From NCBI GenBank assembly GCA_001662655.1, contig KV460233.1: DNA of 64,000 nucleotides; one strand, 5' to 3'. Every line of letters begins with the position of its first letter. The stretch's first letter is position 1. The notes under the pieces were generated by a model, which was not told where the DNA came from, ran no database searches, and worked only from the letters and a program-made list of their open reading frames with translations. Positions 32,101-44,445 of this stretch are shown here, piece by piece. Origin of the DNA: Pseudogymnoascus verrucosus. Lineage: Eukaryota. Made by a program: the position numbers and the translations under genes.

Positions 32101-34446
32101 CCTCATTCGTCATCAAGGGAATCAAAATCTACAAACAGCTCCTTTGGTCTTGGGCCTCATTCGTCATCAATGAACCTGGGATCTCTTCAACCTCCTCGGT
32201 ACCACCTAAAAGATCTCCCGCATCAAGGGTCTCGGAACCAGTTATACCGTGGAATGCCTCAGAGACCAATAGCCCCAAATATCAGGAACCAAAGTCATCC
32301 GCACGCTCCATCAGTCCACCACGAACCGCCCAACTCACCTCCACAATGCCTAAAGTGTAACATTCAATGCGCTGTCTCTTCATCACCGCACACATCGTCC
32401 CTAGTATGCACATACCATGCATCAGTCCACCATTAGACCACGGGAAATGTCCCTGTGAAAATCCAGCGCATGTACAGTCGTACTGTGCGCCGAGTGCATG
32501 CTGCAGGTAATGAAGATGTGTCGCCATTACATCCGCACATACGCACGCACGTACTGCTCCCCTGGCGCCTAATGTGCCACCACCAGGTGTGATGGGAACG
32601 ATGCGTCAACGGACGGGGGAGGTCGGTGTTAAAAATGCCCGACTGCCGATGCGCGCTTGTGGGTATGATGGGCGTCTAGCGTTAGAAAGGGGATGAGGTG
32701 GGAATGCGGGGGATGAGGGGGCTTAGTCATGGTGTTTGTGTGGTTGTCCCGTTGTCTGTCCCGTTTGTGCTGTCTGTCTATTGAAGTAAAGGGATGATGC
32801 CACGTGATTGTCATATGCTGGATATCTGCAGATAAAAGAGAGGGTTGCATTGGGCACGTAAAGTGAAACAAACACCTAGGCCGTGAGACAGGTATCTCAA
32901 CAGTATCAATATCTGACCAGTATCGCACTGTATATTGAAACAGTCTCATGCTGAAGGTGTCTGACTTCACATGTCAAGCCGGTAACACACATCCCATCCC
33001 ATGGCGTTTATGTACAGTCCTCTCTCACTCACTCTATATGAATCGATCGTAAAGAGTAATCAGGACTTGGCTTTTTCTCAACAGAAAGGGCGAAAAATAA
33101 AAATAAAACTCCGAAGCTTGCATTTGCATAGCGTTGAGGTGAGGGGAGAGAGAGGGTGACGATTATGAAAGGCCAAGCTTACCACACGTAAAAGGAAAAA
33201 AAAGAGAGAGAAACCCGACAGTAAGACACCCGACGCATCTCTAGTGAAGCAAATATGTAACTAAACACGCACAACTGACGCACCTGTCACCACGCACACA
33301 GCATAACCGTTGCATTGCCCTACTAGCCTAGCCGCCAAGCCTATTTTGACATCGCGAACACTGACGCAAGTAAATACCAGCAGATAGCAGATACCCCGCA
33401 GTGCCCGCCACAGCCGTAACAACCGAAGAGTACCTGGCTACTAAGGCTGTACTAAGCTACCAACACGTACCACATTTACCAAGGCTGCCGTTCCCCCGCC
33501 TTATCAGAGTGTATTGGACGAGTCAGAGCTAGCTATTTTTCCCAGGGTCCGGGAGTCGTAGCCTTACCAGCCCTTCACACACAATTTTGGACAGGCACAT
33601 GTGAAGGAGAGTGGAAATACCGAGGAGGAGTGGAGCAACATGTGAACCTCTCTAGAAGTCAACAGTATGCCATTGTTCACCCAATTAGACGGCGGTAATA
33701 ACATATTGCGCCCTGTTATAACCCAATAGAAGCCCAGTAACGCTCTTCTAGCTTGTTTTCCCCGGATTCCCATTCGTGGAGAGGGAGGACAGGAGGTACG
33801 TGTTCTACTGTCGCGCGTCGTACTTTTTTATACGAATACGTGCGTTTGCTTTGCCCGAATGTCCATATCACAGTACCACAGCATAACCGTTGGCCCTTGT
33901 TCTCTCTCTGTACGCTACTAATCTACAGCACTGTGCTGTGCTCTGGGAATCTGTGATGGGGAAGGGAAGTACTCTCCCATACAACCACAGCCCGTGCGCT
34001 ACTTCCACCTCCCCACAATCCCACACCCATCCCATCCCAACCGCCGCCAAACATCGCGTACCCACCAACCACCCCCCCCCCCTTCTCTCCCCCCTCCCCC
34101 GCCATTTCATCGGGACCGCGGAACATAAACTTTGCGTGCAGGTCCAACGTTGTCCCGACTCGGGTTATATATGTAGCGTCATTGTATGCAGACGACAGGT
34201 CGACCCTTCCGATAATAATACATACTGCGGCTTGAGTCACTCGAATGGAGTGAGCGCGATCGCGATTTTTCTTAACTGTTAAAGAGCGAAGCCATATACC
34301 ACCAACCACCACTACCACTACCACCATATATATCCTGTACATATTTGTACATACTATACTGTTTACTACATACAGTATTTCTCAAGTCTCGTGAAGAGAG
34401 AGACAGTTACACCAACCAACGCGTTATCAATCGAGAAACCGCGACC

Positions 34447-36243
34447 ATGATTGAAGATATTTTAAACGACCTCACCAAGACTAACATCGCGGTGGGTGTC
34501 TTCTGCCTCTGGGTGCTATGGAATATCGTCACGCGTATCGATGAGGAGAGGAGAATCGCTGCGTACGGAAAACATGCCCCCGCCGTCAGATGCTGGTTGC
34601 CATACAGTAAGTCTCGTCCCTATATCCCCAATGGCGGCGCGTCCATTGCACCCTCGCGCCGCTCAATACGGATCCAAGTATCTATCTTTCCTGTCTGAAC
34701 TCCACTAACCCCCCCCCCCAGACCTCGACATGGTGGTCCGAGCAATCTACAACTCCCTCCACGACAACAACTTCGAAGGCTGGCGCTCCCTCTTCGCCAA
34801 GAACGGCCGCGGCCGCTACACCGTCGAAGCCCGCCCCGCCAGCCAGCGCGTAATCCTCACCTCAGACCCCGAGAACATCAAAGCCATCCTCGCCACTCAA
34901 TTCAGCGATTTTGGCAAAGGCAAGCCCTTCCACAACGACTGGAAAGCCTTCTTGGGGGACAGCATCTTCACGACCGACGGGGACGCGTGGCACGCTTCTC
35001 GCCAGCTCATTCGCCCGCAGTTCATCAAGGATCGGGTCAGCGATTTGCATACGTTCGAGAAGCACGTGCAGACGCTTATGACGGCTATTGCGAATGGGGG
35101 CGTGGAGGGCATGCCGGGGGTGGCGACGGATGGGGTGGCGCAGGGGAGGGTGGTGGATGTAAGTGATTTGTTCTTCAGGTATACGCTGGATTCGTCGACG
35201 GATTTCTTGTTGGGGCATAGTGTGGATAGTTTGAGGACGCCGATTCAGGAGTTTGCGGAGGCGTTTGGGGAGGTGCAGAGGGTGCAGAGTATTATTGCTC
35301 GTGCTGGGTGAGTTTCCTTCGCCGTCACATACAAAGTGGCACCCACCCCTGAAAACTGAACTAGCAAACTAACCCCCCCACCCCAAGACTCCTCAACTGG
35401 CTCGTCCCCCGCCGCTCCTTCAACGCCGGCCTCAAAGTAATGAACACCTTCATCGACCAATACATCGACCGCACCCTCGCCTTCACCCCCGCCGAGCTCG
35501 ACTCCAAATCCACCTCCTCCTCCTACAACTTCCTCCACGCCCTCGGCGGGTTCACTCGCGACCGGAAAATGCTCCGCGACCAACTCACCGCTGTCCTCCT
35601 CGCCGGCCGCGACACCACCGCCTCCACCCTCTCCTGGACATTCTACGAGCTCGCGCGTCACCCCGCTGCGTTCAAGAAGCTGAGACAGGAGATCATCGAT
35701 GCGATTGGAGAGACGGATGCGCCGACTTATGAGGATTTGAAGAATATGAAGTATTTACAGCATACGATGAATGAGGTTCTCCGCCTTTACCCGGTCGTCC
35801 CGTTTAATATGCGCATGTCCCTCAAAGACACCACCCTCCCCTTCGGCGGCGGCCCCGACGGAAAATCCCCCATCGGCGTTCTCAAAGACACACCCATCGG
35901 CTACTCCACCCTCGTCATGCAGCGCCGCAAAGACCTCTACCCCATCAACGATGACCCGAACATGGGCGTAGAATTCTTCAACCCCGATCGCTGGTTCGGG
36001 TGGCAGCCGAAACCCTGGACGTATATCCCCTTCAATGGAGGACCGAGACTGTGTATCGGACAGCAGTTTGCGCTGACGAATATGGGGTATACGATTGTGA
36101 GGATGCTGCAGAGGTTTGATAGGGTGGATAGCTTTATGCCCGAGGGGCCGATGGGGGTGCCCGTTATGAAGGCGGATATTGTGTTGCAGCCTGGGGCGGG
36201 GGTGGCGACGGCGTTTTATGAGGCGGGGAGGGAGATGGTTTAA
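34447..36243 (+). CDS. Cytochrome P450 of the CYP52 clan (alkane/fatty-acid hydroxylase-like), 3 exons
   Basis: 'DPENIKAILATQF.DFGKG', 'LLAGRDTTA', 'EVLRLYP', 'FNPDRW', heme 'FNGGPRLCIG'; introns 34607-34721 and ~35308-35387. Confidence 0.92.
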
Positions 36244-37329
36244 GGGGTGGGTTGAGAGTGAGAGAGATACCTGTGGTGGGGGGAGGGGAAAGGGGAGGAA
36301 AGGAAGTGTGGTGTCTGGCGCGGAGGGTGGGGTTGTTATTTGGTCACGACTCGATGATGAGGTAAGAAGATGGCTTGACGAAATTGCGAGGGATGTGCAA
36401 ATTCCAAAAAGCAAAGATATTGTACTGAAAGGAAATGTTCTATACAAGTCTCTCTCTCCTCTCATGTTTTTTTTATCCTCGCGGATAGGTAGATGTAGTA
36501 GTCATTGGGAGAGAAAAGACAAATTTAAGCTCGAATTATTTCAAGATCTGGGGTTTGGTGTCTTGTGTGTGTGTTGTGTGTGTGTGTGAGAGAGGGGAGG
36601 TGAGGCTTTTGTTGCAGGGATGCAAGTTCTATAAATATTGTCAGTGGCGGCCACTACGAAGTTGTCACATCGCTAGCGCCAAAGCGGGTGGCCTAAGCTC
36701 CGTGCCGTGGGTGGGGTCCAAGCTTCTAATACGAGCCACCGTCGTATAGAATTATGGGTAAGAGATCGATGTACATGGCGAGCGTGGAGAAGCATGCGTT
36801 TGACACCGCTGGTGTGGTGCGTCCATTTTTGGGGGGTTTTTCTTGGGGGGAGGGACGGTTTGTGGGTTTTGCGGATGGGGTGTGGGGTTACTAGATGTTG
36901 GCGGTCAGTTGTGGTGGTTTGTTGGATTATCTAGGGTTTTGTTGTGATGAGTTGGTGAGATGTGAGATGTTTCGGTGTGTTTATAGGGGTTTTGTGATAT
37001 CTCTTTTCACTTATACTATAAAGCTTAATATGTAGCTTGTTATTATATAGTATATAGAGAAAATGCATTTAATTTTATATAAATACATAAAAAAAATGGT
37101 TGTTAGCTTAAGACCTAGGCAGAGCGATCTGGGGGAAAGTTCCTTTAAGACATGGGATTAAATATGCAATTATATCCTCTCATGGAGATTTCTTCCACTG
37201 GCTCTAGCACAGCTCAGCTTGGTGGTATCTTACTATCTCACAGATCCATGCGCCATATCGTCCTTACTCTCCCTCAACTCTCATTTCTCCCCAACTCAAT
37301 CAATTCTCCCCAACTCAATTCTCCCCAAC

Positions 37330-38385
37330 TCATTTCCCCCCAAACACCTTCCTCAACTCCGATTCCTCCCTCTCACTCATCCCAATCTCCACCGGCCCCT
37401 CGCCCACCCCCGGGCCCGGGCCCGCGACTGTACCCGCATCCAGTTCCCCCGGCACCTCCGTCCCGCCAATCTCCACACGCTGCGTATCCTCCAACTCCGC
37501 CCCGAAAACCTTCCCCTCATCGCCCTTGACTTTCTGATCATCCTTGACTTCCTCGTCACCCTTGGCTTCCCCATCCGCAACTTTCTCAGCCGGGCCTTCT
37601 TCGGTTTTATGACCATCACCGCCGCCACCACCTTCACCGCCACCACCGCCGCCGCTGCCACCTCCCAGCTTTCCGGCGCGGTAGAAGTAGAATACTACTG
37701 AGCCTATGAGTAAGATACCGATGACAGCGCAGCCGGCGCCGATGCCGGCTTTGGCGCCTGTGCTTAGGCCGCCTGATGAGTCGGAGGGGGGGTTTGGGTC
37801 GGAAGGGGGGGGTGAAGTCGGATCCGGGGTCGATGACGTATCAGAAGATGGTGTCGACGTCGGCGACGGCAGTACAGTCACGGGTGTGTAAGCAGTGCTG
37901 TCTAGAGTTCCGCATTTATCCTTGATAGAGGATACGCAGTCGATCTGGGGCGTGCTGGCGTTGTTTGAGTTCACCCCGATGCAGTCGGCGTAGTTTTGGG
38001 CGCATATCATGGACGGCAGCGAGTCCTTGTAGTATTCCAGGCCTGGCGCGGAGCTGTTCGATTTGCAGGTGCAGTCGAAATCGAGGGTGGTCTAGGGGCA
38101 GAGGGGCGTTAATTGAGTGGATTTGAAGAAAGTGCTAGGGGGGGGGGGCGTACGGAGTTGCAGAGGTTGCTGTTGGTTGCGAGGTCGCAGAGCCTTTCAC
38201 ACATGGAGTTTTGGTCTTTGCACAGTCCCGCTAGATCTCTGGGTTAATGGTTGGTGAAGCAGATGGGGGAGGGGGTTCTTACCACGTTCAGTGGAGGAAA
38301 ACGCGGTAGGGTCGACGGCATAGGGGTCGATCGTGGATTGGGCGGTAGAGAGGCCGAGGAGTGTGGCTATGAGAATAGCCTTCAT
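37330..38385 (-). CDS. Type I membrane protein: signal peptide, Cys-rich ectodomain, S/T/P stalk, single TM; 3 exons
   Basis: MKAILIATLLGLSTAQ; spliced C-K-D-Q..CERLC..NLC..FDCTC..APGLEYYKDSLPSMIC..DCI..C..CG; TM 'GLSTGAKAGIGAGCAVIGILLIGSVVFYF'. Confidence 0.8.
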
Positions 38386-39671
38386 GTTCCTGTGGTCCAT
38401 CATTGTTCTTGAACGATGGTGAGAGAGGGTTTGATCGTGTTAATAGGATTTCTTGCAAAAACACAGCCTGCAGCGGGACATTCCCAGACGTGAACTTGCG
38501 TTGAGATTTAGGTAGGAGGATTTTGAGCCAAAATCGCCTTCCCACCACACGTTCGACCACAGTCCTTAAGTATCAGCCCTTTACAACCTGTCCCTGCACA
38601 CGGGGGGGGGGGCGCGTTTGCCGCCCTGCCATTACCTAATCTCCCAATTCCCAAATATCCCAAATATAGCCCCTTTGGCACATCCTCGGTTGAAATTGCG
38701 GGTTTACATACAATATTGGAGAAGTAAGGATCCGAATGTCTAACATTTGTTAGGGGTTTGTGACGGACGTGGTCGCGGGGCCTATCACAGTGCGGCTGAG
38801 GTGCAGCTTGGCGGGCTCGGCTTCCACGTAAGGAGCCACACCATGATCGTTCACTGGATGGCGCTGAAGGATGAGATTGGAAACAGATCCTTCGGGAGGG
38901 TAATGCCTGTACGGGCCGCCTGTCAAGTGTATAGCGCCAAGCGCCAAGTGCATTCCCTCGCGATTAAGTGGAGATAAATGTGGTGGTGCGACCTCTTCTC
39001 CGCGGCTTGGGGGATATTGTCATACCTTTAAGTTTTGTGTATGTGCATACCGTAGTTTTCACAAAATAGTCTCGTTTATGCAGTAGAGGAATGTGATCTT
39101 TGTGAGTAAGGGGTTTGTGACCCATAATATAGGGATATGGAGGAAGCCTCAATTGTTGGGTCCACGTTTTCTCTAATATTATAACTTGCGAATCCCCATA
39201 GGATTAGACAATATATATTAATACGGAGGTCCATATTTCAACATAAAAAAGAAAAGAGACGCTGATGTGAATAGAGGATTGGGACATGTGAAAACAGGGA
39301 GTAGCTGCTTATAACGTTTTTTGCTTTAGCTTAATTAATACTTATAGTGTGTCGTAGCGTAGGGGACCCGTGGTCTCGAACCGCCGATTTGATATATTTA
39401 CAACTCAGACCACTATCTAGATCGGAAATACAGGGCATACCGCTCAGACTGACGTTGTCCTCCAATGATTTTATTTAGCAAACCGATCATGATTATAATT
39501 ATTCACGTGACACAGGTAACCATGTCACAGAAGGCATCGAGAGATACTAGCGCGTGACATTTAGGCAGAAGCCTGCGCATGTTTTCCCTTCAGCTGGCTG
39601 GTCTCTCCTCATGCTGGTTTTTTCTGCGACCTATCTAGGATGTTCAGCTGTTGCTACGGATCACGAAAGAA

Positions 39672-41093
39672 ATGATGAAGCGTAAAATGGAAGAATGTGA
39701 TTAATACCCCTTGTTGGCATATCTGGAAATCCATATGTAATTCTAACTGTCGTCGAGATGCCGATCGCAGTAACGATCAGTTACCTCAACGGTCCTCTAA
39801 AACGGCGGAACCTCAGCATGCAGGAGTAAATAACGGTAACATCACCTGTCTCCTCCCTTTACAACCTCTAACATCTCCATAGATGGAGCACCATGGACTC
39901 CCCAGCCCTCCCTCCTGCTCTCCCTTCCCCTCGAAATCCGACTCCAGATATGGAAGGAAGCGACCTACGCCCCCTCTTCCATCATACGTTTGATATATCC
40001 GTCATTCTCTGGCGTTAGAGAATCTCGTGTTCCCAAACTCCATCTCATCCCTCTCCCCATATCCCACCAAAACACTCCCTGCACCTCAGGCCACCGAGGC
40101 AGCCCCTTGACTCCCGGCACCTCCCACAACCCACGCGTCTGGCTCTTCACCTGCCGCCAGATCTACGCCGAAGCGCGTCCTCTCGTAAACATCCACCCGC
40201 CTGGCCTGCACTTCTGCTTTGCTACCTCGATGAATAAGTACCTCAATCGTGCTCTCTCTTCATCTCTTGGGAACCCCTCCATCCCGGATCCGCGGGAACT
40301 GCGCTCTCTGTCACTATGTCTGTTCGTCGGGGTTAAGCAGGCTAGTGTCGTAGGGAGCACGTCGGGCGGGCGTTATGCGCTTGCTATGAGTGACGATACG
40401 GGGTGGGAGGGTGGGCATGGAGATGAGTTTTGCGACAAGGGATGTATGTATTGTTCAGCTGTGAGGGGTATACCGACGGACCTAGGGACGTGTTTTCCGG
40501 AGTTGAGGACGCTGAAACTGAGTATAAGTTTTAAGTGCGTGGAGGAGAGGGTAATGAGGTGGGGGAGCTATAAGACTATGGAGGAGAATCGCATGGAGGA
40601 TAAGAGCATGTATGAGAATCGCATGTATGAGAAGAGTAAGGAGGAGGAGAGCATGGGGGAAGAGAGAATAGAGGAGAAGAGCATTGAGGAGAAGAGCACG
40701 GCGAAGAAAAGCATGAAAGAGCGATTATCAAAGAACCCGTTGCTTGGGCGAATATTAGGTAATACGTCGGCTGACGGGGTGAAGAAGAGTGCAGGAGAGT
40801 TTGTCGATGACGATGAGAGAGTAGAATGGATTGTGGAGTGGATTTGCAAGCAGCTGCCATTATGGGGGTTTGTGGGAAAGAGATTCGAGAGTGTAGAGGT
40901 GATATTTAAGGCAGGGATTGTGCATGATCTTACAAAGATGCTTCCGCCGGTCGATGGGTGTTGGTGTGCTGGAAGAGAGATCGATGAGGAGGACGAGATA
41001 AGGGGAAGGCTTAGCATGGCGATTAAAAGAACCTTGATGAAGGGGAAGCTCCGAGACGATCCGACGATTAAGCCCCAGGGCTACCCGTTCTGA
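39672..41093 (+). CDS. Hypothetical fungal protein with F-box-like 'LLSLPLEIRLQIW' motif; 5' exons uncertain
   Basis: Frame of ORF 39990-41093 stays open back to an acceptor at 39882 and includes SLLLSLPLEIRLQIWKE and LFTCRQIYAEA, a common fungal motif pair. Confidence 0.6.
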
Positions 41094-41579
41094 ATTGTTG
41101 GGTGATGGATCGAGCGGACGGCCACGGTTACCATCTGTATGTATGGATGTTTTGGGGATAAATGTATCGTGGATGAATGAACGAAACCGCCTCCGAAGTC
41201 GAGATGATTAACAATGGCTCGGAGACTCGTGAACGGCAAACTGTTTGTCGTCCGGCACTTGCTTGTCCTCGAGTGTATCCCATAAACGAATGAATAAATA
41301 TATAGGAAGCGAGTGCGTAGTGAGGTAGGTGAATGTCTAGGCCAATATGGAGAAGTGTGGGGAGGTGGGTGAATGTTGGAAAAGGTAGGTGAGGGAAGAA
41401 AACAGTTGGAAATCAACCATTCGAGTCACATTACGCCAGGCAGGACTCAACTGCACCAAATTCCCTTTCAGCCTGTGCTTGTGGACTCAGTGAATACCGT
41501 GGATGGCGGAGCCTGTAAATGTGTCTTAGGTAGGCGCCTGGAACGCCTCCGAGGCGTCGATGAATAACAACAGCTCACC

Positions 41580-42582
41580 TCAGAGAGGGGAGCCGCCAAC
41601 GGCACACCGCTTTTTGGCTTTTGCCTGTCTATTCCGTGAGCGACCAATGTTTTCATTGGAGTAATTGGGTATGAGAGTACGAAAGGAGCGGGAAACCGGA
41701 ATTAAGTATCTGAGTGAGCCATCGCGTGCAGGAGGAGTTGATATCGCCACATTCTTTGTTTTCTTTAGCCCCGCACTCGTTAATGATGCGGATGATGCGA
41801 TGATGCAGGTTGTAGATGTGTTTGGAATCGGATGGGTGAGGGAGCCTCTTTGTGCCAGGTACCTGAAAATGGAGCTCGGTGAGGACACGAGTCGGCGGAA
41901 GATCATACCTTTCTTGGCTCGTGATTGCAAATTTGGCTGTTGTGTGAATGCTAGTAACAAACGAAAATATGCAGCTGTGAGCGCGAACAGTATAGACGCG
42001 GGTACAGGTCTCAGATCAAAAAGAGGGAGGGCGCCACCTTTGGTTGAGGGAGTGGGTAATCCTGGGGGCGGGATCGGGATGTACCCCGAGAGACGTGCGC
42101 AGGGGTGAGCGAAGGGGTGAGCGAAGGGGGAGGGTTGGCTCTGAGACAGCCAACGCCACGCCCCCCTCCGGCTGAACGTTTGACTCAGAGGAAGTAGAAG
42201 GCGAAAGACGAGGAACATACCCACCCCGGCGCGTGCCGCCTGTCATGGTGGATCGTATAGCCTTACCTGATGAACGTGCCAACCTGGCACGGAGTGGCAA
42301 TATGTACGGATATGCAACCGTGAGCACGAACAGTATAGACGCGGGTACCAGTCTCAGGTCAAGAAGAGAGGGTGCGCCGCCCTTGGTCGTGGGTAATCCT
42401 AGGGGCGGGATCGGCTCCGTATGTTTCCATTTTTTTTTGGTTGACCTGGTCGTCGCCTCATCTCTAGCTGGTGTTACAGGGGAAATGCGCGTTAGGGAAT
42501 AACCCGAACGTTGTTCAGCTGAGTTCGACTTGCTGTAGCCCCTTGTCCTGACTCGAAAATTGCGGGTATTCAACGACGCCAT
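41580..42582 (-). other. Possible lineage-specific gene or relic containing an internal ~105-110 bp duplication
   Basis: Two overlapping minus-strand ORFs share IPP.GLPT..KGGA..L.DLR.VPASILF.LT.AY (41967-42077 vs 42310-42414); no recognisable domain. Confidence 0.3.
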
Positions 42583-43421
42583 TGCGGCTTAGAGCTCATG
42601 TCCAGAGCTGCCCAGAGCTGCCTTCCCGTTGGGAGCTATATAACGCTAATCCCAAGCAGGAGATACCTTTTTTTCTGTAAAAAAAGGTATCTCCTACTTA
42701 GGATTAGCTTAGGATTAGCTCTAAATTGACACCTTGGCTCGATCGCTCGAAAGCAACGAAGTTGCAACTGCAATTAATGGACCCTTACAATCCCCATTCT
42801 CGATAAGGCGTCGTAGCACATCATTGTTTATTCGTCGTGGCAGGCACGGCTCCTTCGTCCGACGTATGCTCGTCTTATGGTGTAGAACGACGTATCACCT
42901 GCTGGCGTTGATTCTTAGGCCTGCCACTGTCTATCCACTAGATTACGTTCCTGGTCGCCACGCGGGCGGATGCTGATGAGCAAGGAAAAAATCGTGGTGT
43001 TCGTGAAGTAAATGTCTTCGCTACCCGCTTCTTGATCGTCATATGTCAAGGGTGATCTATATGTCTTTGGTGATAATGGTATCTCTATATGACATAGGCC
43101 TTCTGAAGATACAACTGTCTACCTCGAGCCTACAGTAAGTGCAATGGTGCTACTGGGAGGGAATACGTCCCGAATCACTAGAAACTGAGAAATCTCGTAG
43201 ATTTTTACAGATTGTGGATGGTGAAACACGTTTTTATTTATGAGTTCTAAAAATCTATCTAAAACGCAGAAATAAGCCGAATTTTTTATATATAATTCTC
43301 TGTGTTCGTCCTGTAGCTTTTGTTAACATTATTTGAAAGTTGAGGATTGTGCTGCGATCGTACTTTCTCACCTTCTTTTTTAGATTCTCGCCTCCCCGCC
43401 TTCCCAACATCGTCTAGGATA

Positions 43422-43740
43422 TTATTTTGTGGTGGTGCTTCTCTCAATGTATGTTCGAGCAGTATAGCTAGCCAATGGGTGGTCTGGTGAAGAAAACCAT
43501 TCTTCGACTTGGGCTTGATATCTCTTCAACTTTTCGTCCTTGGTCGTGGTGTTGTTGGCGATGTTGATGCCGATGCCCGACGTGCTCTGGTATGGCCTAT
43601 CACTAGCCACGCAGATGTTAGCTGCCATGAACCCTGCTTTATATCGTAGAGCTTTCAGGAAAGGAGGGAAAAATGGATGAAACTGGGTCCTACCTAATAT
43701 ACCGCGTGCTAGACCCTTTAACGGCCTCTGTCGAAGACAT
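43422..43740 (-). CDS. 75-aa hypothetical microprotein, copy B (exons 43740-43694, 43602-43422)
   Basis: Same 47+181 nt exon structure and phase as 7891-8237; 39/75 identical residues by hand alignment. Confidence 0.75.
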
Positions 43741-44358
43741 TGCAGTGAGTGGTAATTGTAAAAGTAGTTGGGTTGAAGTTCGTCCAAGTCTCCCGCTGAA
43801 AGGTGCTTATGCCGATTGAATCCATGATCAAAAGGCGGGCGGGGAGAAAGATTTTATATTTGAAGGGAAAACTATGTGGGATGTGAGTATGCCACTCCGC
43901 CTCGTCTTAAACTATGTCTTCGTTACTACTGCCAACAAGTACCAGTGTCAATCCCATAGGTTAATGATGTACGCTAATGCTACACACGGCCATGTTATAC
44001 GGGTACTAATTAGTACTGTATGTATATACTCGTAATGGATAGGTCGGCAGGAAGTGGGTTGGACTAGGGGGCAGGAGTTGCAATAGAAATGTGGTTGATT
44101 TGGGCAGATTAGAGATAGTGGAGTTCAGTTGAAGAGCATGGGAACTATGCACTGGTTAATATGTATGGAGTAGTGTAGTATGTGGTGTGTTATGTGGTCA
44201 AGTAGGTGCTATTGTATGGTATTACCTTACTCTATTGGCTGTCCTGTTACTTACTTTTTATTTTGTTGGGTGAAGTTAAAGAGGCCGGGCTCAATCGTGC
44301 ACACTTCCCCATCCTGTACCCATATTAATGTGATACATTAAATTTGGAAGATACACGC

Positions 44359-44445
44359 GCATACACTATGATTTGCTACTGCATACATTATAATTTGCTA
44401 GTGCATACACTATGATTTGCTACTGCATACATTACGATTTGCTAC
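44359..44445. repeat. 22-bp minisatellite x4
   Basis: GCATACACTATGATTTGCTACT variants repeated head to tail. Confidence 0.85.

Noticed and set aside
36563..36595. (GT)n/(GA)n microsatellite
   Set aside because: Ordinary short simple repeat
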